A stretch of 64,000 nucleotides of DNA from Octopus vulgaris (taxonomy: Eukaryota): positions 184,264,001-184,328,000 of the forward strand of contig OX597815.1 in the NCBI GenBank assembly GCA_951406725.2. The letters are read 5' to 3'. How positions within the stretch are numbered: position 1 is the first letter of the stretch; each line of letters opens with the position of its first letter. The notes under the pieces were generated by a model that did not search any database, was not told where the DNA came from, and saw only the letters and a program-made list of their open reading frames with translations. Made by a program: the position numbers and the translations under genes. Shown here piece after piece: positions 54,634 to 64,000 of this stretch.

Positions 54634-55494
54634 CGAGAGAGAGAGAGAAACAAAGAGAGAGCAGAAGGGAGATAAATAGACAGATAGATGTATATAATGG
54701 TGCATGCATTACTTTTTAAAACTTCACGATACGATAGTTGTAAATGGTGTCCACATAAGACTGAAAAAGGTATCTGGTTCGATATGCACACAAAATCTAG
54801 ATGACTCTATAAGCCGAGCATGGAACTACCCATCTGTAATACACATGCACACAAAACTATATGAGCCCGTCTGCACACCCACATATAGAACTATATACTT
54901 GCACATGCCGCTCATTCCACCTCCTCCTCCAGCATTCTGACCGACTTCTAGTCTAGTTCTTGTCCTCCACGTTGTCAATTTCCTGTTCACCATGCGGTAT
55001 TTTCCAATTAAGTGTTACCCATATACCAGCATTAATCCACGACACTGCGTGTCATTCCTCGATCAACCACAGTCCACCTTACGGGTAATAACATTCAACT
55101 CCTCTCATTCCGAATCAAAATAGCTGACGACTAGCATCACGCTTGAAACTCATGAGTACCAATAAATTTGAATCAAACTGTTTTGATCCACGCACACTGA
55201 CACACACACACTCACACATACTCACACACATACACACACACATACTCACACTCACACACTCACACTCACACACTCACACACACACTCACACACACACCCA
55301 CTCACACACAAACACTCACACACACATACAGAAATATCAATATATATATGTATATATAAATAAAATGCATATGTATTATATATATATATATATATATATA
55401 TAATATGTACATGCTCACACATATATACACTACACATATACACACGCGCGCATACACATACATATATACATATATGCATCGTTTATGTGTTTGT

Positions 55495-55800
55495 TTTGTT
55501 GCAATATTCCTGATGTGAATTCATGAGTTAAAACAGATATTGCTATATTTCTGGATGCCCATCTTTTTTTGTCAAATAAACAAACGCACAATATATTCAT
55601 TCTTCACATCAGCTTTATGACCATTCTTGTTTTATGTTCCTTCTCCGGAAATTTTTCGAGAATGTACTCAACAGAACAGGCTGATACACGCTGAATGGCG
55701 AGTCGGAGTCGCTGATACACAGCACAAGATGTGTTGCGAAAGATTTCCAAACATAAGAATAATAATAAATTTGAAGTGAAGAACGCACCAAATGTAGCAC
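55495..55800. mobile_element. Old fold-back element, same header family as 7965 and 38885
   Basis: TTGCAATATTC..AAACAGATATTG header; residual arms GGAAATTTTTCG/CGAAAGATTTCC and TTCTTCAC/GTGAAGAA. Confidence 0.55.
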
Positions 55801-55920
55801 GGAATTTTGTCAGGTCGCGGTTTCAAAGCGACGAAAATATTTTGGCAATTTAAATGTTGAAGTGAATCTAGCCGTTCTTGTGTGTTTTTAAATGTCTTAT
55901 AAACACCGTTCAGGTTGCAA
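55800..55920 (+). repeat. Family F dispersed repeat
   Basis: GTCGCGGTTTCAAAGCGACGAAAATAT...AAATGTTGAAGTGAATCTA; matches the reverse complement of 18975-19140. Confidence 0.65.
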
Positions 55921-55944
55921 TTGCTTATATATATATATATAGAC

Positions 55945-56138
55945 GGGATCCTGCTACATGCAGGAAGAAAGAAAGTTGTGGCGAAAGGGTCAGCAGAAGT
56001 TCGCCATTACCTTCTGCCGGAGCCGCGTGGAACTCAGGTGTTTCACACATAAACACATACATTACCACATATGAGATTCGAACCCGCGATCCCTCGACTG
56101 CGAGTACGCTGCTCTAACCACTAGGCCATGTGCCTCCA
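55945..56138 (-). mobile_element. SINE D
   Basis: GGAGGCACATGGCCTAGTGGTTAGAGCAGCG...GGGTTCGAATCTC. Confidence 0.82.
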
Positions 56139-56144
56139 TTGTTT

Positions 56145-56388
56145 CCTTCTCGAGCCATTCCAGGCTCATAAGGACCAGTTTCCCTGATCCAGTGGCGTAG
56201 AAATTCTCCCACCTGGACAAGACAGCAATCTGTCGCACGATTACTCATTTTTGATAACTGACTGGCCTGGAGCAACGTGAAATGAAGTGTTTTGCTCAAG
56301 AATACAACGCGTCACCTGGTTCAGGATTCGAAACAACAATCTTACGATCATGGGTCCAACACCGTAACTACTAAGCCACGCGCCTCCA
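56145..56388 (-). mobile_element. SINE C
   Basis: Reverse complement of the 41222 family. Confidence 0.85.
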
Positions 56389-56799
56389 CAGTCTTCTACT
56401 GCATGAGTCCTAGTTTCCCTTATCCTCTCCAAAGCAGTAAACATGATTTACAATTAAGTCTTCTAATGGAAGTTTGCACATCTGAACACCTTCATATCCA
56501 CTGACGAAATATTGCATTTTCTATTTGAGAAAGATTTCCTCCGATATCATCTGGAGCATCCCCGAGAAAACATCTTCCTATAATACCAGAGTATGTGGCG
56601 CAAAGCTGTCACGTTTGTCCCAGCAAATCACTACGTCTGCATCCCCTAAAAAATGGATCTCGCATTTTCTTGTCATAAACGATATACTCTAGTGCTTAGT
56701 TCAAACAATTAGTTGGTCGTAAAAATTATATGTAGCAAAAGTCATACATACACACATACATACATACATACATACATACATACATACATACATACATAC

Positions 56800-57226
56800 A
56801 AGATTGCTGCCCCACGTTATCGATTATGTCCGTTGCACGGGGCTTAACTGTTATCGGTGCTGTGATCGAATGTGACTTTTTAGCTCAGCTAAATATCTAC
56901 AGTTTTTTTGTACACAATTGGCAGCTAAAACCTTTACTGGCAATAGCCGGCTGTAGTTGTAACTGGGCTTCATTCATGTACCTTTACATGTCGTTTAAGT
57001 CCTCCTGCCGAATTACTCTCCTTTCCACATGCCTGACAGATAAGATTAGTATGGTGCATAGCACCACCACCAGCGGCCTTGTTGTCAATCATCTGTCTCG
57101 CTTTATGAATACGAAGATGACTCTTGAGTTCAGCTTTACTGTAGCATGGTCTTGCACAGACACTGCCTATTAGCGTCATAGGAAGACCCTTACCATCTGG
57201 AAGTGCAACAGCGATGCCCTTCCTAA
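56800..57226 (-). mobile_element. RTE-like LINE 3' end encoding three C2H2-type zinc fingers, with (TGTA)n tail
   Basis: SVCARPCYSKAELKSHLRIH, CQACGKESNSAGGLKRHVKVH and CQLCTKNCRYLAELKSHIRSQH, then a short UTR and a microsatellite tail. Confidence 0.6.
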
Positions 57227-57271
57227 CATACATACATACATGCATACATGTAGGCATATATGTATGTATGC

Positions 57272-57316
<45 letters not shown>

Positions 57317-58849
57317 GTCTCTATTTGTAAATACATACAAAGAAATGCATGTGTGTGTGTATATATATTCACATGCACAAACCTATATGTGCGTGAGTAT
57401 ATAGCTTCCTAAGTCTGAGATTTTGGAACTTTTCAAGTGCATATTTCAAATAGATAAAAATAATATATATTTTTTTCGATATTCTTATTTGCAGTCAAAC
57501 TAAAATGAATTAATTCCAAAAGTACTTACTTTCCTAATTACGTTTTGAAGCATCCAAACTTTTGTTTTCCTCTCAGATAAAAAATATTCAGTTTTGAAAT
57601 AATTTTAATTTTGTGAATTTATATGAATAGTCTGAAACAAAATTTTCAAACTGATTAATCTATGCATCTGTGTTAGAATTTTATGTAACACCGTTTGATT
57701 TCAGTTATGCTATGTCTGTGTGGTTTGTAGAGAATAATCAGAGTGATGATTCGAGAAGGTTCTTTTCAAACAACCAATCTGTCATTCATTAAAAACATAC
57801 AAAATAAACTAACATTCGGAAAAGTCTTTTTTTTTTTATCTTTTTACAGGCATTATTGCTTCAAAGCAAGTTCCACTGCTTTGGTGTTTAACTATTTCTC
57901 AGTTGAATAATTAAACTGCTAACACAGCTTATTAGACATGACGTTTCCAGAGATATCTATGATCTTCTAACCTTAGGAATAGTAATTGTTTAGAGTGAGC
58001 TATCTTGAAGTCACGAACACTTCTGATCAGAGATATACGCAGATATTTAACGAAATACTGAAAGTTTTGATCTCTAGATATAACGTTAATTCACATCCCA
58101 CTGCTTTAGTAGTTACTCTGTATTCTCAAATACGCTATGTTATCTATGTAGTGTATAAAACGAAAATATATGATGCTTGCTTTTGATGTATTACGTAAGC
58201 GTATTCAATTAGATGAAGCTGTTTGTAACTCTTAAGAGGTATTTCTCACCAAATCTTGTTTCTTTGAATTTCTATGGAAACATAAAACTGTCTTATGTAT
58301 ATTTTGTATTTATATCAGAGATTCCTGTATGATTTATCTCTGCATCTAAATCATATACAAAGTGCTTGAATAAATGCTTATTTTGATTGTAGAGAAATGA
58401 GTAGCTTTCCCAATAACCAACAAAACAATTCCGCACGTTACAATAGTCGGGCTGGACATGCACTTGTACATAAGCGGACAACATGTAAGCAAATGCTTGG
58501 GTTGCTTTGTATTCGGGGAGATCAGAGAATTACGTGGACCCGTCAACTGTAGCTAGCTGGAAGCTAAGCTATATCAGGAAAACTGATATGGTCAATTATT
58601 TGGTATAATTTCATCTCATTTGAACATTAATTCTTCATTTTAAAATATAATTTTATGTTAATCCCATATAAATGGAAACCGCCCTTTTCATATCGCCATC
58701 ATCCATGTTAAATAATATCATTATGATCATCAACTAAATATCATCAGCATCATCAAAGAAATATCATCACCATATCATCATCATCACCATATCATCATCA
58801 TCACCATATCATCATCATCATCATCATCATCGTTACTATTATTCTTATT

Positions 58850-59145
58850 AAGCTAGTACATGATAATTGAATTGGAAGAATTTTAATATGAGGTTTGGAT
58901 GACAAGTTCTTTTTGATTTGTTCTCAAATCTCAAAAATGATCCTTAGGACTTTTGCAGAATCTGAGGGTCGATAATAGAAGTTTCAATTCCAGTCTCTTT
59001 CAGTTTTTTTTTATTTTACATGTAGTATTCTAGTTTGTGTGCCAAGTCCCATATTTACCCCCCAGAATACTTTTGTCTTAGGGTTCCATAATCTCCTCAG
59101 TTCTCTTGCGAGATCCTTATATATCTCAATTTTTTCTGACTTCGT
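58850..59145 (-). mobile_element. R4/Dong-clade C-terminal relic next to a (GAT)n tract
   Basis: KSEKIEIYKDLARELRRLWNPKTKV...LKETGIETSI..SAKVLR. Confidence 0.65.
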
Positions 59146-59379
59146 TTGGTATCAACTCTACTATCTTAACGATTCACAAAATACCTATAAATTTGATACG
59201 AGGACAGATATATTGCTGCCATTATTATTCTTATGTCAATATCTATTTGATATTTACCGTATTTACTTATTATTCACAGGGCACCACTTAGACATCTGAA
59301 GTAGATAACGGATATCATGTTCTCAGATGATATATGATATCAATAAGCGCTAGTACTCTATAAGTTCATTTAAAAACTG

Positions 59380-59838
59380 TCTTGTATACACAAGTGCCCA
59401 ATAAAAATATTATATGGCTGAAAGTTAAGTTGAGAGTGCTCTCCATAAAATGATTCCAGTGTTTGTTAGCATAATCATCGATATATCTCTAAAGAATTAC
59501 TTTTTCTTGTCCTCATGTCCACGAGTTTTTCTCCTTCTGTCTTTATTAATTCAGTGTGCCACTACGATAACATCTCTTGTAGTAGATCTCCTCTTTTACA
59601 CTTTGGCAATCGCCATATCTATATCTCTCTTTTACTTCTTTCAGTCATTTGACTGTGGCCATGCTGGAGCACCGCCTTTAATAGAGCAAATCGACCCCGG
59701 GACTTATTCTTTGTGTAAGCCCAGTAATTATTCTATCGGTGTGTTTTGCCGAACCGCTAAGCAACGGGGACATAAACACACCAGCATCGGTTGTCAAGCA
59801 ATGCTAGGGGGACAAACACAGACACACAAACACACACA

Positions 59839-59911
<73 letters not shown>

Positions 59912-60450
59912 GACGGGCTTCTTTCAGTTTCCGTCTACCAAATCCACTCACAAGGCTTTGGTCGGCCCGAGGCTATAGTAGAAGACACTTGCCCAAGGTG
60001 CCATGCAGTGGGACTGAACCCGGAACCATGTGGTTGGTAAACAAGCTACTTACCACACAGCCACTCCTGCGCCTATCTGTGTATTTCTGTATTTTATCGA
60101 GTTTTTTCTTGTTACATCCGTGGGGGTAATCATATCAATTAAGAAAAAAGTTTTATCGCTATGTATATATTTTGTCACTTTGGTGCCCGGGCAATTTATC
60201 TTGATAGTATTATCAATTTGTAAAATCTCAGAGAATGACGATATGACCAATCTCCGCGACGACCTGCTAAGTTTTTAGTGTTTACTTCTTCGCTTACATA
60301 TTTTACAAAGTATTGGCTATATGATTCAGTCTGTTCTTATACTCGTTGGTCGATGATTGTTTATACCTTGAGAACCTCATAACCTACCCTTTAAGTCTCT
60401 TCGATATATTTTCCTGATAACTGCGGATTACTAAAGATTGATCTTGATCT
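59380..60450 (-). mobile_element. R4/Dong-clade endonuclease relic interrupted by SINE B
   Basis: IL*DF/QIDNTIKINCPG...KTFFLIDMITPTD...KYRN, resuming past the SINE with IMLTNTGIILWRALST*. Confidence 0.6.
59625..60074 (-). mobile_element. SINE B, full length
   Basis: Complete family B structure. Confidence 0.93.
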
Positions 60451-60734
60451 ACGATGATGTGCCCTTTAATTTCTGCCTTTAACCCAGTACTTTGCAAGCA
60501 ATGATAGGTAAGTAATTTGCTTACACAAGCTTCTTCAGTGCGTACTAAGTACTAGCTGCATAACAGCTTACCTTTCCAATGTTCTTTTCCGTGTTCCAAT
60601 CCTTTCTCTTTTATCTTTTATTTTTCTCTTGATTATTTATGTTATGCAGCCTGGATTGATAAAGATTGTTTTTAGTCTTAACTTCAAAGTTTTGGAAAAT
60701 TAGGTCATTTCACACGTTTTCTGTATATATGATA

Positions 60735-60889
60735 GATCAGTAGCTACTACACACATATTTCATCTTTCCTTGTTTCTTTCTGTGTCCCTTTCTGTAGAAG
60801 AGCGTAGGCTCGAAACGTAAAAGACTTTTTCTTTTCCTGTTTGTTTTGTACACCACCTGTCTTGGTGTTTTTTTTTCCGTGGATTCTCC

Positions 60890-60892
<3 letters not shown>
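60735..60892 (+). mobile_element. Family E short hammerhead-bearing element next to (TA)n
   Basis: Homologous to the reverse complement of 8503-8740. Confidence 0.65.
60788..60823 (+). ncRNA. Minimal type I hammerhead-like motif, non-canonical core
   Basis: CTTT-CTGTAGAA-GAGC(GTAG)GCTC-GAAAC-GTA-AAAG. Confidence 0.55.
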
Positions 60893-60935
<43 letters not shown>

Positions 60936-62519
60936 GAAAGTTTTATTAACATATTCTTTTCAAAATTTCCTATTAACACAAGATGAATGTTATCTGTTTG
61001 GATTACTTTACGAATACATTATGCATTAACACTGATATGCTTTTCTAAATACCTGATATTAATACAACGTATATTTTAAACATGCTTTAGTTTTCTCGAA
61101 ACCTGTCATGTTTTTATAAAAATTCTCAAGATAACCCGAGGCGCAACATCAGTAAGAATTAAGATGGGGTGTGTCACTGAACAAGTCTTTTAAAAAAATT
61201 AAAAAAACCATCAGTTATATTAAATCTCACAAAAGCAACATCAAGAAGCGAACAAGGTTTAAGAATTGATCGCAAATAAATAAATGAATGATTCAATGAC
61301 TAAATAAATCACAATCAGCTGACATACTGTCAAGTACAGATAGTTGCAAATTGATGTCTGATTGGTAAATTTACAAGATGTATAAAAGTAATGGTCAGAC
61401 TAACAAAACCGAAGAGAATAATGTAGAATACGTTTATGTCTCTCGTACCATCATTAACATGCAACATCGTCGCATAAATCAACCGGCAAACAAGAAAACT
61501 GTCTGACAAAGCTTTGTAGGTGAGAACATTGTACTTTTGTTGGAATCACTGGATTTAATAGAAACGAAAATTGAATGTTGCCTACTTATGTGTCATCTTG
61601 TTTTCAGGTTTCCTTAAATTAGTTCTGTTTTGCCATGATGTGTTTTGTATAATCTTTTGATTCTTTTAAGCAATAATTTTGGGCAACCTAATAAATAAAT
61701 AAAAAAATCGCCGTCCAATTTTTTATTCTTATTTTTATACCACTTCTTTTTAAATACTTATTTTGCAACACGGTTGTTTAAGGTTTCATTCTTTTAGACC
61801 AAATTCTGGAGGGTAAACCATCATGCCCTAGTGTTTTACCTACGGCCATTCACATTCAGAGTTGAATCTTCAGAGGTCAACTTTCACTTTTCACGCTTCT
61901 AGAGCCGTTATGATCGACTTAGGCCTTCCCCTGAAAACTGCTGTAGTTGTGCCTAAATTAGAAATTATCAGTATTTGAAATGCTAAATTATATTATTGCT
62001 GGTATCATCATCATGATCATCATCAATAGTACATCAGCAGACTTGCAGGATAGTTGAAATACTTTGTGCTCTACATTCGAAAAAGTTTCTAACACCGTTC
62101 GATAATTTGCAAGTTTAAATTACGCCGATACCAGCTTCACTTCTCGTAGTCGAGAAAATAAAGTGCAAATACTGCATTCGATATAATAGGTGCCCTATGA
62201 CAACCCCCCACCTCTACTTGTCTGGGCTTATTTACTACTACAGCAGCTGCTGCTGCTGAAGGTGTGGATGCTGCTTTTGTCCCTAATGCTTACTGCTAAC
62301 TCTACTGTTGCTCCTGGTGGATAATGCTGTTGCTGCTACTACTGCTGTTGTCCTCCTCCTTCCCTGCTACTGTTTTACTAATATTGCTGCTGCTGCCCCG
62401 TTTCTCCTCCTCCTCTTCCTCTTACTACTACTATTACTGCTCTTCAACTTACTACTACTGTTGTTGCATCTCTTCCTCTCCTGCTCGTCTCCCCCTCCTC
62501 TTCTCCTCCAACTCACATC

Positions 62520-62982
62520 ATTCATCATCATCATCATTGTTCGACCGTGGTCGAGACAATGGAATTTACCATGCTACGCCAGACTTCACGATCCATCATG
62601 GCATTACGGAGGTCCTGTTGCTGGATGCTTGTATCCCTGTAGAACGTGATCAGAGACAGGACCCGGCAAAGCAGGGGCTGAACCTATATCCGCAGGTATA
62701 CCATTAGGTCTGGTTACTTGGGGAAGAGGAACCCTGGTGCAGTTAATTGTAAATTCCATAGTCTTTTCAAATGGCTAATAATGTGTGCGCGCGCCACTAA
62801 TACACACATTGGAAAGCATTGTACAACCAAGTACTAAAGAAGATCTTTCCTCCTCCATGAAACAAAGCTGTTCCCGCTGGACGTCAACCCAGTATTTCTA
62901 AGCTACGGACCGAGTGATTTATTGTAAGGTTATCTCCCTAGATAGATTGCCTTCACTATGGCTAAGGAGCCCTTTCTACCCC
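62520..62982 (-). mobile_element. Short non-coding RTE-derived element with (GAT)n tail
   Basis: 5' GGGTAGAAAGGGCTCCTTAGCCATAGTGAAGGCAATCTATCTAGGGAGA resembles the recalled RTE 5' UTR motif; 3' end ...CGACCACGGTCGAACAAT(GAT)n; lies between low-complexity tracts. Confidence 0.5.
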
Positions 62983-63811
62983 ACCTCCAACTCACACTCC
63001 TCCTCCTACTCACTCTCTTCCTCCTACTCACTCTCCTCCTCCCCCTCACTCTCCTCCTCCCCTCACCCTCCTCCTCACCCACCTCCTCTTCAACCCCCTC
63101 CTCTTCTTATTCTTCTTACTACTACTGCTGCTGCTTCTACACTTAACTATTAACCGTAACCAAATTTATTATTCTACCTAAATGATACTTGGTTGTTTCT
63201 TAACTATAAAAGTCAAACAATCACTTCTTCTAACCATATTCCAAAGTCAAATTGTGCCTTTTCAGGCTCTGTATAGATCGTAGCAAACGGTTTGCGATGT
63301 GTAAGACACATCGTACGTACAGACGTCTCAATGTGCAAAATACATACGCACGTTCCATAAGGATCCTCGTTATTCAAGTCCTAATATGATTTGTCATATT
63401 TCATATCCATTTACAATATTTCACGCTAATATTCTTTGTTCAGTAAACTCGATTACATTATGTGCTGGCTTTTCTCTTTGTCCAAGGCTTCCGCCTTTAT
63501 TGTCGGCATCGAAATGAAAATTTCTCCTCCATAGGAATCTTTGGGTTTTTTTTTCTTTCTTTTTCTGTTATCTTTCAAATATTTCTACATGTGGCTTATC
63601 TAAACTTTTGTCTTAAAACGATACTGATATTTTTGTTTAGGGAATTCTGCATGCTTAAGACTTACTATTAAATTTTTTTTTTGGTTGGGGTGTGCGCTTC
63701 GTATAATAACAGTAATATAATCAAATGTTGTCAAATGCCGCTGGGCTGCATCGAATTCTACAGTTGGTCCATTTTCATAACAACAACAACTACTAATATT
63801 ACTACTACTAT

Positions 63812-63847
<36 letters not shown>

Positions 63848-64000
63848 ACACCTTACATATACATTCATATATACATAAATGTAAGTAATACATTTTTTTA
63901 TATTCATCTTTGTATATGATATGTATATATCATACAACTGTCATATACATAGTTAAGCACAAACACACACATATACATACATATATAGATATATGTAATA

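Noticed and set aside
57820-57920. Strong polypyrimidine tract plus CAG acceptor-like site (similar sites near 10440, 11421 and 43199)
   Set aside because: No convincing open exon with a donor site or recognisable protein follows; such sites are common in AT-rich DNA
58293-58546. Non-repetitive 63-77 aa reading frame on the minus strand
   Set aside because: No recognisable motif or splice structure; cannot be supported without a search
59450-60129. Recurrent ORFs such as MLGGQTQTH...DTCPRCHAVGLNPEPCGW (also at 18043, 22245, 51062)
   Set aside because: Antisense translation of SINE B; they recur because the SINE recurs, not from protein conservation
62220-63150. Leu-, Ser- and Pro-rich ORFs resembling signal peptides or membrane proteins
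   Set aside because: Derived from (CTG), (CTA) and (CCT) low-complexity tracts

Overview
AT-rich, repeat-dense eukaryotic (animal) genomic DNA with no intact host gene or convincing exon. The mix of tRNA-derived SINEs, CR1, RTE, Tx1 and R4/Dong LINE relics and very long (TA)/(TATG) microsatellites is most consistent with a coleoid cephalopod, probably Octopus; this is an inference from repeat content. The long 'YIYI/MYVC' ORFs are microsatellite artefacts. Recognisable content: about 30 SINE copies in four families (called A-D here), two CR1-type LINE 3' ends (one with an open 338-aa RT/C-terminal ORF), four R4/Dong relics, two Tx1/L1 relics, several RTE relics (one with an inverted 5' part, one with three C2H2 fingers), Tc1/mariner and pogo-type DNA transposon relics, and a 100-N gap. 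Most notable: (i) several families of short, often fold-back, Penelope/retrozyme-like elements carrying hammerhead-ribozyme motifs, one with an intact canonical core (50302-50390, minus) and many with recurrent non-canonical cores; (ii) a covarying 3' stem-loop shared by SINE B and both CR1-type LINEs; (iii) a decayed SOSS-B/NABP-like OB-fold coding relic at about 3.65-3.95 kb. Element boundaries are by eye and approximate.
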